Below the pieces are notes generated by a model. The model was not told where the DNA came from, made no database searches, and was given only the letters and a program-made list of their open reading frames with translations. The position numbers and the translations under genes were made by a program. A DNA stretch of 64,000 bases, taken from Callorhinchus milii (taxonomy: Eukaryota). Shown one piece after another: positions 1 through 12,879 of this stretch (position 1 is its first letter; each line of letters begins with the position of its first letter). The DNA is taken from positions 133,240,001 to 133,304,000 of the forward strand of contig NW_024704742.1 of assembly GCF_018977255.1 (NCBI RefSeq), in the 5' to 3' direction.

Positions 1-1447
1 GTTGACCAAATGCTCAGTTGAATAGTGTATTTCTGAAGGTGAGGAGAGAATGTTGCGAGGCAGGGTTCCAGAGGACAGAGGCATGGAGCTAAAGGTTTGG
101 ATGCCAATGAGTTTGAGGAATAAGCAATTGACCAAGTGATTCCCTCCTCATCTGTTAGCAGATTGATCAGCTCTAGAAGAAGGGGATCTTAGAGATGTTT
201 TTCACTGGAGGAATTTCAGCCAGTTTGTCCTTGTGTTTTGTGTTTATTTCAAATATGCCCTTGACTCACATATGTTATTACTCAGAATCCCAGACCTCGT
301 TTTTTTTTGGGTCTTGGATAATAATCTATAACATATGTTTTGATACTTTTCCAATTTCTGTGCTCTGTTCGATCACCAGATTTTTTTGGGCCAGCCGGGT
401 GTATGTATGACACATGTGGGAACCCATCACCATATTTAAGCATTGCCTATTACTCTCCAGAATTAATAATAATAATTCTTGCATTTAATATAATGCCTTA
501 TCATGTCTTTGAAATGTCTCAAAGCGCTTCACAGAATATGCTGTAAAGTGAATTAACTATATTTTGTGGGCAAAAGTTGGCAGCCAATTGCACACAGCAG
601 TGTCCCATAAACCGTCGTGGATTGAAGTGACCAAATAATTATTTTTTTAAAGGAATTATTACCCCCCGGAAAAGCGATCCATCAATTGACTAACAACTGG
701 GTTCCTATTTAGTAAGCAGATGCGTCTCTCCAGGGAGGGAGTGTTCATTCCATTCAAAAAATACATCTCTGGAACTTCTATACATCAGTGGACATCATCC
801 AAACCAAACAGAATTCTGTGCATCCCATACAAATTCCAGAGATTTGTATTGGCATGGAACACATACTCTTTCCCTGGAGGGGTGCATCCTGCTTACTTTA
901 CTCCAGAGAATAATCGGTGCAAATTGGCAAGAGCCAAGACTTGGGGACCCCAAAGTGTGCATTGGGGTACTACTGGAATCTAACCAGTTAACCCGCACAA
1001 CTGGCCATCAATAGCACTGTCTGGATCCCGTCCCTTTATCAGCCCCTTTGCTCAGCTTGTTCGGGCCTTCTGTACTTCCTCAATCCTTCCTCTTCTCTCC
1101 TATGGCTCAAACCTCTGGAACTCCCTGCCTCAATCGCTCTGTCTTGTCCATTCTTTGCTCGTCTCAGATCGCACCTGAAGACTTTCCTCTTTGATCGTGC
1201 TTACGGCCACCTCCCCTTTCTCCAGGCTCTGTGACAAACTATGTCATTGTTAAGCGTTCCAAGATGCTACCCACGTGAAGGGTGTTATATAACTGGAAGT
1301 TGTTGTGTTGAATATGGTATTGTTAGCATGCGGTCTGTTTTCGGCAGGGAGTGGGGTTGGTTGGGTTGAGGTCTTGTAGGTCTGTCTCGACAGACAAGAT
1401 GCAAAGAAATATTTCACTCTTCCCCGTTTTCTTGTTTTTAATTTCAG

Positions 1448-1605
1448 TTCAGCCCAACACACCTAAGAATGTGAGAGTCAAGCCTGTCTTTGGATCTCCC
1501 AGAAGAATCAAAGTGCGCTGGGATTATCCGTCTTTGTGGGACACGCGTTTTGAATTAAAATTTGTCTTGGAATATAGACCGACAATTATCTCGTTCTGGT
1601 CACGG
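1448..1605 (+). CDS. IL11RA: IL-11 receptor alpha-like, internal exon (first half of membrane-proximal FN3 domain); upstream exons lie outside the window
   Basis: ttcag| acceptor, |gtgagt donor. Encodes QPNTPKNVRVKPVFGSPRRIKVRWDYPSLWDTRFELKFVLEYRPTIISFWSR, matching the IL11RA/CNTFR pattern PRR..W.YP..W...F.LKF.L.YRP. Confidence 0.85.
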
Positions 1606-1814
1606 GTGAGTTTGATGATTGGGATTTCCGTTTCGGCTGGTGTTGGTTTCCCAGTAATCCTTGCGTTTGTGTTATGGGGAAGTCTTGAAATGCTTCATGG
1701 GATTTGCTGTGAAGTATAGTGACTGTGTTTACTGAAGCAAGTTTTAGTGACTGACTGAAGGCTGACAAATCTCTAAAGTTCTGAAATTCTGCCCAATCTT
1801 AGCCTGTGAATCCA

Positions 1815-2215
1815 AGGTATCAGTTTGGCTCAGTTGGTAGCACTCTCGCCTGTGAAAAGGTTGTGGGTTGAAACCCCACGTTGGGACTTTGAACTCACAG
1901 TCGTGACTAACACTCCAATGCTGTGTTGGAATATGCTGCATTCTCAGAGGTGCTGACTTTCGCATGAGACATTAAAACAAGGTCCTGTCTGTACCTGTTT
2001 AAGTGGACATTGAAGATCCCATGGCACTATTTGAATAAAAGGCGATTCTCCAAGTGTCCTAGTCAACCCAACAACAATCCCCCAAGTAGTTAATCATTCA
2101 CTTCATGGCTGTTCGTGGGATGTTAACATGCGCAAATTTAATGTTGCGTTTGCTGACAAATGCTACACTTTACAGAAAAATCCTGTGAAGCTCTTTGAGA
2201 CATCGCAACACTGTG
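1815..2215 (+). mobile_element. tRNA-derived SINE with Deu-domain-like body (older family)
   Basis: Head TGGCTCAGTTGGTAGCACTCTCGCC...GGTTGAAACCC, body GATCCCATGGCACTATTTGAA...GTGTCCT, and the shared 3' tail. Similar decayed copies at about 3120-3515(-), 5030-5460(-), 5910-6290(-), 24970-25300(-), 46902-47190(-), 51008-51450(+), 53400-53735(-) and 63535-63940(-). Confidence 0.75.
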
Positions 2216-2624
2216 TGATGGGGGAATACCAAACAGGGGTGGGTGACACTCAAATGTAAATTGCTCAGAGGCGGAGGGGAGTTAACTGGTAAGTTAAGGG
2301 AACTGGCTGATACTGCCCCGTTGATCACTTGCTCCCGGTCTCTGCGTGGTGTTTTGGCTGCCTCCACGACCCAAGCCGCTCCCCCCGCCAAATCTCTGGA
2401 ACACTCTCCCTCCAACCCTCCTCCTTGCCCCCTCTCTCCCCTCTTTCAAGTCCCCCCTGAAAACTTTCCTTTTCGACTGGGCTTATGGCCACCTCCCCCC
2501 ACCTCCCGCACTGGCTCGGAGTCAGGTTTCGCCACTGTTAAGCGCTCTGAGACACTAGCCTGCGTGAAGGGAGCTATATAAGTGCAAGTTGTTGCTGTAG
2601 AAGACCATCTCTCTGTCTTTTCAG

Positions 2625-2766
2625 TTGGAGACTGCATTGCTGAAAGAAACCATCACTGATGCCATTCCTGGTGAACTGCATTTGTTTCGGGTGAAAGCAA
2701 AAGAGGTTTTAGACCACGGGAAGTGGAGTGACTGGAGTCCAGAGGTGACTGGCACTCCGTGGGCAG
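2625..2766 (+). CDS. IL11RA: IL-11 receptor alpha-like exon with WSXWS motif
   Basis: tttcag| and |gtgagt. Encodes LETALLKETITDAIPGELHLFRVKAKEVLDHGKWSDWSPEVTGTPWA, with WSDWS at 2724-2738. Phase matches the previous exon. Confidence 0.9.
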
Positions 2767-3956
2767 GTGAGTACTGTCCACACTGAGGCGGGGACAGAGG
2801 GGACTGCAGGAGACTTTGGGTCACTGAAGCTAAAACCAGGTGCATTCTACTGCCTCGAGACACGCTTTGTTTGGTGAAGGAGGGGTGGGGGGGAATGCAG
2901 TTGAGAAAGGGATCAAACCGATCTGATTTGGGGTAATCCCTCCTGTCAGCATGTTTATAAATGGTTGTTCACGAGAAGTACAACTTGATCTCACCTTTCC
3001 AGAATGCTGCCTTCTATTATCTTATGAAGCTTTTTTTTTCTCCTTAATTTGATCCACTGTCCAGTCCACTCCTCTACCACCTCTCTATTAACCTGTTCCA
3101 GCTGCTGATAGTAACAAAACTAATCTTTACATGTGGGACAGTGCCTTTCATATCAGGAGGACATCTCAAAGGGCTTCATACTGTCAAGTGATTATAGATC
3201 TTGTGGACAAATGCACCAGAAAATTTCGCTCCCAGAAATATCCCACAAACATGAAATGAATTAATAATTTTATTGCGTGCATTTGTTGGCCAGGACACCT
3301 CGAGAAACTCCCTTCTCTTTTCATATTAACACCATGGGGATCTTTAATGTGCACCTTGATTTGACATCTCATCCAAAAGACAGCACCTCCAACAATGAGC
3401 CAAACCCCCTGCATTGTGTTGGAGTGGCACTATATGAGTTCCAACCCCAACCTGGGCTTGAATCCAAAACCTTCTGCTTCAGAGGAAAAAGTGACACCAA
3501 CTGAACCAGGCTGATGTGCAATAACCTGTGTGTAAATAAAATGCTTGGTTGTGTCTGATCTGAACTTGCCCTTCACCTTAAAACAAAAGTTGGGGGCAGG
3601 GGGAAGAGAGACCAACTTCCCAATTAAGACTGAATTTTTCAATATCTAACACAATCTTCAATTTTAAGACCAGTGGTCTTGAGTCTAAGATGTGATGAAT
3701 TTGGTCCTCCTGAATTAAACACTCCAATGTAGTTGGAAAAAAAAATTGTCATTCAATCCACTACTGTTTGTGGGACACCTCTGTGCACAATTGGCTGCTG
3801 CGTTTTGCCCACAAAATAGTCAATTCACTTTACAGTTTACTCTGTGACGCTCTTCGAGACGTCTCAAAGATGTGATAAGGCTCCTCATCAAATGCAAGGG
3901 TTATTACTGTTGACTTAGATTATGTAGGATACTGAGTAGCCACTTATACATTTCAG

Positions 3957-4067
3957 AAACCACCACAGAGAGCATCAAACCTACAACCGTGATATGGCTG
4001 ATCGAGGATACAGAAACTGAAGGTCAACCTAGTGGTCCTGCCCTTTCTCCAACATCAGTGTTCACAA
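3957..4067 (+). CDS. IL11RA: IL-11 receptor alpha-like Ser/Thr/Pro-rich stalk exon
   Basis: tttcag| and |gtaagc; 111 nt, phase 1-1, open. Encodes ETTTESIKPTTVIWLIEDTETEGQPSGPALSPTSVFT. Confidence 0.75.
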
Positions 4068-4736
4068 GTAAGCTCAGCCCAATGCTACTTCTGGTCTAAT
4101 GTCCATAACAGATTTTTTTTTGTTTTTGATCAACCAAATGTCTGACATGTGTGGAAACTCATTGCCTGCTTATTCGTAACAAACCAGACTGAGAGTTTTA
4201 TATGTGTATGACACCTACACGTGGCAATTCCCCCATGTCTGGAAATGGAATACGCAGTCTCTTCCTTGGAGGGACACACCCTATTTACCTAATTCTGCAG
4301 AGTATTAGGCACAGGGTGGCAAGAAACCAGGCTTGGGGACCCCAGAGTGTACATTGGGGTATCTGCTGATGTCAACTAGCTGAAATCACATAGCTTGCCA
4401 TTGAGAGCACTGTCTGGCAAGCTTTCCCGCTGCTTGTCCAGCCAGGACCACCCTACTACTTGTTGGGGCTTTGGCTTGCAGGGACAGCAGGAGCTCATTG
4501 GAAAAAATCCCTACTCCCAAAGACTGGCATGTCCTTCCAAGTCCTGCCAATGAGCCAGGCTAGGGAATCAGGGGGAGAGTAGGAACCTGGTTCCAAGTTC
4601 CAATTTAAGAACTTTTCAGTCTTGCACAGTCTTATATTTGAAGATGAATGGTCTTGTATTTTTCTCTGTAAATTACACATATTTTATCTTTGAGCTTCGA
4701 AACTGTGAAAGGACTGACTGTTTTATTTGATACCAG

Positions 4737-4827
4737 GTCCCAACGTACTTGATAAGTATGTTTTTGCAGTGGTCTCGATTGCCATCAGCATTGGGATATC
4801 TGTAGTCATCACGATTCTCTTGCTGTG
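4737..4827 (+). CDS. IL11RA: IL-11 receptor alpha-like transmembrane exon
   Basis: taccag| and |gtaggt. Encodes SPNVLDKYVFAVVSIAISIGISVVITILLL(W), a hydrophobic TM segment. A TM plus tail argues against GPI-anchored CNTFR. Confidence 0.8.
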
Positions 4828-6703
4828 GTAGGTAAACACAAAACAGACTTGCATTAATGTCACATGTTTCAACTTTTGGGAGGATGTCCCAAAGCACGTA
4901 ACAGAGGATGGGGAGGGGACGATGATGGAAAGCGCAGTCAAAGAGATAGGTCTTGAAACTGACCTTAAATCTGTTTGAATCATTTCTTAATTCCCTGTTT
5001 GTTTTTACATTGGGTGGTGATACCAATTATAATAATCCTTGCATTTGATGTAGCGCCTTATCTCATTGTTGAGATGTCTCGAAGCGCTTCACAAGACTTG
5101 AATTGCAAAGAAGAGTGACTGGGTCTTTGTAGACTCATGCGGCAGCCAATTTGCATGCAGCCATGTCCCCACAAACAGCCATGAAGTGAACGATCAATTG
5201 TTATCTGGGGGATTGTTGGCCAGGACAATGGGAGAAGCCCCCTTTTCTTTTTGAATAATACCACAGGATCTTTAACATCGACCTGACCAGGCAGATAGGA
5301 CCTCGGTTTAATGTCTCATTTGAAGGATGGAACCTCCGACAATGCAACAGTGCATTGGAGTGTCAGCTTGCAGACAAAGTCCTGACATGGAGTTTGAACA
5401 GATAACTATTTGTCTCAGGGATGAGAGCCCTACAGACTGACTGAGCCAGGCTGACATAAGCTCCCAGGCTGACATAAGCTCCCAGACTGTCCCAATAACG
5501 TGATCATTTCAAAGCCAATAGGAGTCAATCCTGAATGTGTTGGCTCCTCGCCACCAGTGATGACAAGAGAGCAGTTAAAGGTGCTTTTGAGGATCCTCTT
5601 ATGTCTGAGGATTTCCAGCTTCAGCAATATGTTATAGGTATTTTTTTTCTCTCCAGCTAGACAAAGCTCCCTGAGCAGTCAGTTGTCTGGATGCAGGCTG
5701 ATGCTGATATAACTTGAAAAACCATGAATGTCCAAGCAGTGAGTCATGTGGGACTTCACCTCACAATCTACCCCAGTTCAGCGTTACACTTCTCTCAGCC
5801 ATTTTCTTCTCCTGGATTCCTGTAGCTTCTAATTTCCTAAAGTCGTCTGTAAGGGATTGTCAAAAGCTTGCCTGCACTTTGACACTCTCTCACCTTTAAG
5901 CGTTGTATAAAATAATAATCCTTGCATTTGATACAGACTCATTGGTATAGGGAGGACTTTTACGTTCTTCACAGGATTTCATGTAAAGTGTAGTGACTGT
6001 ATTTTGTAAGCAAACTTGGTAGCCAATGTCCTACACAAACAGCCATGACCAACTTTGAATTTTATTTAGTGTGGGGGAAGGAGGATGGAGTGAGATTGTT
6101 GGCCAGGACACCAAGTGCTGTTGGCTCTGTTCACTTTTTAAACACCATCATGGGATCTTTAACATCTGCTTGAACAAACAGACAAGACCTCAGTTTAATG
6201 CCTCATCCAAAGCATAGCACCTCTGACAATGCAACACTTCAGCACTGCTCTGGAGCATCAGGCTAGACTGTCAGTTCAAGCTTACAGGTGCTGCATTAAA
6301 TTAAAGGATTATTATAAAAACTTATTGATAATTAATAATCCCTTCAAAAATATGGTTACTCAATCCACGATTGTTTGTAGGACACTGCTGTACACAATTG
6401 GCTGTTGCATTTCGCTCACAAAGTACAGTCAGTCCACTTTACAGTATATTCTGTGAAGTGCTTTGAGACGTCTCAATGACGTGTTAAAGCGCTGTATCAA
6501 ATACAAGTATTATTATTAACTATAACCAAAGAGCAACTATAATCTACCTTAACTATAATGTTAGCAGCTTTTTTGTGGTCATGATTTTCTTCCGTCCAGC
6601 TGTATATTTTACTAATGTCTCTCTTGCTCTTTCTCTTTCTCTCTTTCTCTCTCTCTCTCTTTCTATCTCTCTCTCTATTACTCTGCTTCTTCTGCTTTTC
6701 CAG

Positions 6704-6773
6704 GATCAGGAGAATAAAAACGGAGCCAGACAAAAAAGACATTCTGACCAAGAAGCCATTGACCTTTTGTTAA
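6704..6773 (+). CDS. IL11RA: IL-11 receptor alpha-like last coding exon (short cytoplasmic tail)
   Basis: Long CT-rich tract then ttttccag|. The phase-2 join gives W-IRRIKTEPDKKDILTKKPLTFC-stop (TAA 6771-6773), with basic residues right after the TM. Confidence 0.7.
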
Positions 6774-6844
6774 GTTTGGTACGTAACCAGCTGGAAACAG
6801 CTGAGATTCTCCCCCAGAACAAAAATCCACCCAAAGAGGATAGA

Positions 6845-7085
6845 TGAGGAGAATTTTTTTTTGTACAGTGAGTTGTTACGATCTGGAATGCACCGCCTGA
6901 AAGGGTGGAGGAAGCAGATTCAATACTAAATTTCAAAAGAAAATTGGATATATACTTGAAACTGAAAAATTGCAAGGCTTTGGGGAGAGCGCGGGGATTG
7001 GAACTAGTTGGTAGCTCTTTCAAAGAGCTGGCATCGGCATGAAGGGCCTAATGGCCTTCTTCTGTGCTATTGGATTTTATGAAAT
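6845..7085 (+). mobile_element. CR1 LINE 3' fragment
   Basis: FF.Q.VVTIWNAPPERVEEADS-like CR1 ORF2 end, followed by the GGGCCTAATGGCCTTCTTCTGTGCT 3' UTR motif. Confidence 0.75.
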
Positions 7086-10000
7086 TTGTGAAGACGATGG
7101 CAATTTATTGACCTCAGAAAGCATTGCCTACTATGAAGTCAACTGAACCATCTTGGCTGTTGTTTTACTGGGTTTGGCAGAATAATAATAATAGTATAGT
7201 AATACATTCAAAATCCTCGTCCTCCCAATTAAATCCCTCCACATCAAAGGTCTCCAAATATTTCATCTCAAAATAGTTCAGCTCCAATGAGACCCCCACT
7301 TAACTTTGCTTCCCCACCCCCCCCCACCACAGTAGAATAGAGGATGTACTTATATTTAATGGTCTGAAATTGTACTGTTTTGTAATCATTTTGAGAGAGA
7401 GAGGTAATCACTGAATGTGCTTCCTCGTTACAGGCCAGTCTACCAGCTAATCCCAAGGCATCCAGGATTTAAAAGACTGAAAGGGATTAAACCTGGTGTG
7501 AGAACTGTCAGCAACCCTTGTCTCAACATTTCTGCTGAGGGAAAAGATGAGATTTTGATCATTATGGAGAGGCAGATGGTCTTGATTGAAATTGAATGAC
7601 GGCGCCAAATATTTTCTTAATGGTTAATCTTCTCTTCAGAGTGTGTGTCAGGGAAACATCCTTTTCGCTTCACAATCGACCCTGCTGTGAAATCTGACCC
7701 GTTCCGTAAATGTGATTGGAAAGTGACCTGAACATCTTGTTGTGTTTTCCTCAAACGCCCCTCTTCCCACTTCACCACCTCCCCTCTCCACACTCAGATA
7801 AAGTTGACCCATCACTCTTTGGCATTCCTGTGAATCATATGACCTTTCATTTTTCCCCCAATTATTATCAGTTTCTGCTAGTCAAGAAAAAGCTCTGGGT
7901 GAAAGGAGCTCAGCAAAGCAGTTTTGATTGCAGCAAATCCTTTCCAAGTCCCACAAGCGTAAATATTTTGGTAATTTTTGTTTGGAAGGATCACACAAAG
8001 GGCAGCTAATGAGATGAGCCTGGCTTTGGCCAAGCTGCCAGTCTCACGGTGTAAATTGAGAGAAAGTGATGTTAAAGTAAACTTATGTACATGTGATAAC
8101 TGATAGTGACTTTGAGCTTATAGAAGCGAACGTGGGAACTTGCCGCTGAAGCATAGAAGCGTAGAAATTTACAGCGTAGAGGGAGGCTTTTTGGCCCATC
8201 AAGTCTACACTGGAAGTTTGCTGAGGATCAAGATTTTCTATCAATCCCAATGCCCTGCCTTATCCGCTTACAGAGAGTAACAGATGTGCACGCACGTATT
8301 TGAGCATGTCTGAATTGTTTTAAGCAAATTCTGAAATATTTAACCACCCAAAAAGGTTTACACATGGATTTAAAAAAAAGAAAAATCTCTATTTTTTTGA
8401 CGATCATATTTTTACATCCCTCTTGTTTTTTTTAAATAGCAATGGCTTCCAAGCCCTTTGCATTTTAAAATTGTGGCCCATCTGTGTGCAGATGTGCCTA
8501 AAGCCATTGAAACAAACTATTGTTCTGGGCTATTGTTGTAATTTGCGTAATCTGTCTATGAAGGAATACGATGGGTGGGGGAGAAAAAGGAAAAACGCCC
8601 CTTTAAATAGAGTGGGTGTGTCGTTCTTTTAAAAAAAAATGTACTGGAAAAAAATCTTAAAACGTTAGAGTATTAATACTGAAATAGTACGATGTCTTGT
8701 TGCATCGACTGTCTGCTTATAAGCGCTTTAAGAGTGTACCCATGTGAAGGGTACTATATAAAGGAAAATTATTCTTGTTTTTCAAGTGAAGTGAAGGGAC
8801 AAATCATGTTTTTTTTGGGTGGGAGGGAGGGGAATATGGATTTTTTATTTTTTTTAACAAAAACATGGTTTGAATCTGCAATAAAGGGAAAGAGACATCT
8901 GTCCAATTTTCAGAGTCCTCTTTTGGGTTCAGTTGACAAGGGCCTGAGGGAAAGCTGTAAACTTGCCTTGGAGGCATTGGTTTCTTGCCAAATCGGTTGG
9001 GTGTGAAAAGTAATGTGAGATAGATTTTTCTATTGGAGAGTACAGAGGGAGAAAAGGGGAGGAGGATGGTGGAGAGGGGGAAGTGAGGGTTAGATGTGAC
9101 ATTTAACTGAGAAGCAAGACGCTGATTAGAATAGTACTTATCGAAGCACCTATGAGTATTTCACTGTGTAATGATGGAGGAGGAAGGAAGGACAACTAAT
9201 GGCTAAGAAAATCTGAGGGGAAGGGAAACCATTTGTGGTTGGTTTAAAGAGAGAAGGTGAAGAGATTGAGGGGTTGAAAGGGAAGGAGGAGGAAAAGATT
9301 TTCCCTCCATTAAATTACTTCAATATTTATGGGAAGAATATAAAGGGGGTAGTGAAGTCAGATTGAGTCAGAATTCAAGAGGGAATGAACTAGAAAACTC
9401 AGTTGGATGGCCATGAGAGCTGGAATACTGTATGTTCTTATTATACTTTGGAACTGGCCAAATGGGCTGCAATGGTAGTTTCCAGTCCTGTAAATTCCTA
9501 AGATTCTACATAACCTCACCACACAAATAAATAAATTTTCTACTGTGTAAACCCCCTCTCTCTTTCTCATTCCTTCCTCCCATACAGAAAGAGAGAGAGA
9601 GAGAGAGAATATTGCTTTGCTCGCTTCACAAGTGAAGACTTGCTGCACCTGAGCAAATGGGTCACTGCAATTGGAGTACCGAGTATTGTACTCCTGTCTA
9701 CGAAAACTGGCGCTGGATTTACAGTGTAAATGTACATTGCAACAATGCTCAAAAATAACTGAATAGTTTCTTTATTTACGTTTTCTTAACCAAAGTTTAG
9801 AAAAAAATACAGGGGTATTTGCTCACTCTTGTACATCTATGAATGATGGCCTTAACCTCTCTGAGACGTCTTCTGGCATGAAGGGCATTATATAAATGCA
9901 AGTTGTTGTTGTTAAATCCTGTCACAGTCCTCCAATAGACCAGAGGCCTCTGCGACAGGATAGGGTGGGAGGCCACTGTTATGCAACTGAGCATGACAAC

Positions 10001-12879
10001 CTTTGAAGTCCGCCTGCACCAGTCACGGGATGGGAGGTCTGCGATGCAAGACGCCATGTTGTAGGGTGAGTAAGTAACTTGCAAGGATTTCCGGAATGTG
10101 ACCAGTTACGTGTTAAGCAGAGTTATAGTAAAGCGGTGTCGCTCGTTAATATTTTGGATAGGAAGTGGCCTGGATATTGACGACATGACCACTTAAGTGG
10201 CAGTGACAAGTTTAGCCAGGGTCAAGTTAACAGGAGTCTTTTGTATATAAATGCTGAAGACATCTTGAATGTAGTTGTAGCCCTCATTGTTTATTCATAC
10301 TACTCCTGAATGGAATAAGTTACAGATGTAACTGTCAGGGATGGTACAGTGAATTGATTTAGCAAACACATTCCAAAACAATGGATTTTTAATGAGCAAA
10401 GGATCAGGATTGGCTGTAAAAAAAAAAAAATTCTCCCCCACACCCACACCAACTCCCCAATTCTTTCCATTGCCATCGGCTAGTTTGCTGTCTTGGTTCA
10501 CATGTTTATCATGCCTTTTAGGCAAGTCCGTGGAATCTGTGTCCCAATGCAGAGTCCCGTCTTTCAGAGGGTAAGAGGGAGAAAGTTACAAAATACAGTT
10601 TAGATTTATATGGTGTCTTTCACATTAGGAAGTCGTCTCAAATCGCTGTACATGGCTGACTTGGCAGCACCCGAGCCAGAGTATGTGGGGGAAGGTTTGA
10701 AGGAGGGCATTCGAAAATGATTGAAAGCGCAGTTCAGAGAGATGAGCTTCAAACCTGAAGGCGGGCTCTAAAAGTGGAGAGGGAGGTTGTGAGTTGGAGG
10801 GATGGGGTTCCAGAGGGTGGGGAACAGAATGGACGAACGTTTGCCCACCAGTGGTGTAGCACATCAGGTGAGAGTGACACAAAGCAAGTTGGTGTTTGGT
10901 CATGGAGGTAGGGTGAGGAGGGCGAAGAAGATCTCGGTAGCGCGATTTTCTTAAGTCATTTTGAATGCAGCCCTTTTTTGTGTGTGGGTTGGAACCCTTC
11001 CCAGCTGCCCTGGCGAAGAGGCTGTTGTTTACTTCAATCTGACGTTTTTGTGGCGAGAGCTGCATTGCTGCGTGACATAAGAGGGTGGGATCATATTTCT
11101 GTTGGTTTTTTTTTCTCCGAACCTTGAATAAATATACTCAAAGCCTGCAAAATATACAGTCACTGTGCTGTTAAATCCCGTGAAGCGCTTTGAGATATCC
11201 GTCCAAAGCAAAAGGCTGCCTCAACAACAACAACAACAAATTGCATTTATATAGTGCCTTTCAAATCGGAAGGATGTCCCAAGGTGCTGACCTACCTTTT
11301 TGATTGCATGTATTGTTACTTACCTCTGCTCCTTTGCTCTGCATGAACCCCATCTTTGTACAGGTCTCTTGCTAGTAGCTTTGAGACGTCGCAAATATGT
11401 GATAGGCACTATATCAAATGCAAGTATTATTATAACAGTGCAAACATCAGAACTTTCAACCCCACTACCATGTACAATTCTGGACTGAATGACTGTCCAG
11501 ACATACTTGTTCAATTGTGTTTTAGTGATGACCCATTTGGGGTGACTAAGGAGAAGTGAAGAGTTTAGTTATTTTATGAATTGAATTGTGTGTGCCTTGA
11601 AGTATGGATTTAGAGGGAAATTTTAACCCCCAGTTTATTTTTTTGTCATAAAATCCTTGCATCTATCGTGTTGAAATGTCTCAAAGTGCTTCGGGGATAA
11701 TTCCTGTTGAACACATTGACTACATTACAGGTGAATGTAGCAGCCAGTTTGCACATAGCAATGCCCCGTGATCAGCCATGAAATGAATGACCGATTTTAT
11801 CAGAGGGATTGTTGTTCAGGATACCGGGAGAAACTCCTTCTCTTTCAAATAGTGCCAGAAAATCTTTTATGGCCACTGAACAGGCAAATGGGATTGTTCT
11901 CGCCTAGCATCTCACTAGCATTGCATTGCTCCCCCAGCACCACATTGTGAAGTGACAGCCAATATGCGAGTCTCAAGTCCCATTGTGAGAATTTGGGTAA
12001 ATGTAGGTGAGATGGTGGATGGACGCGACTTCGTAAAGAAATACCTCTTCAAAGATGTTTCAAAAGCTGGGGTTTCTTGCAAATGAACCTGAAAGAGATT
12101 GCAAAGGAATTAGCTTGCACCTCTATGACCTTCTCAAGCCTCGGCCTGCTTGCCCCTTCCACTTGGTAAACTCCAGCCCCCTTGCAAGTTCTCCTCTGCT
12201 CCGCCCCACGTTGCCGTCACTCTATGAAAGTCCCTCCTCAATCCCTCCACTTCAAACACCCACCTCCTTGCCCGTGTCTACGGTCAACTTCCTCTACCGT
12301 CTCTTTGCTAAGCCCTTCTTCGTCACCCCATCTCGAATATCTGTCTTGTAATCTACTCTCAAGACCTTAGGGTCTACATGAAGGCTGCTGTATTGTCACT
12401 GTTGATGTTCCAAATAAAAAGTTACCATGATCTAGTTTTGTTTAAGCTCTGAGACGCCACCCAGCATGGAGGGCACGATATAAATGCAAGTTTTTGTTGT
12501 CGTTGTTTTAATTTTGTTTGTAAGAGTTTTTGTTTGTAAGTTTGCTTTTGGAGTTCCTTGTTTTTTAACGAGTGGCTCTTGGTAGCATTTTCCCCTCCCA
12601 CCCACCTATATTGTTTATAATATCGCTCTGTATTTTAATAAGCTGCCGTATATTAGGTTTTTAAAAAAAACAGCTGCCTGAACGTACATTTTGTGGCTTA
12701 AGTGTTTTTGTAGCCTGATCTGAAACTGTGATAATGTGACTCATTTGTGGAACAGGTTCAAATGACCTTGTAATAATTTTTTTAAAAAGTATAATTTACC
12801 AAAGTGGTAATTTTGAAAATTATTGTATCAGATTTTTAAAAAAATTGTATTAAAATATATTAAATTGTGTATGAATTTG

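Noticed and set aside
5445..5486. 19-bp direct repeat CCAGGCTGACATAAGCTC
   Set aside because: A simple local tandem duplication at a SINE end with no further structure.
1448..6773. Alternative identity as CNTFR or IL6R
   Set aside because: CNTFR is GPI-anchored, whereas this gene has a TM and tail. The motifs and short tail fit IL11RA better than IL6R. A phylogeny is still needed to confirm.
6575..6847. 90-aa ORF with a signal-peptide-like LSLSL stretch
   Set aside because: The hydrophobic stretch is the (CT)n polypyrimidine tract of the IL11RA intron read in another frame.
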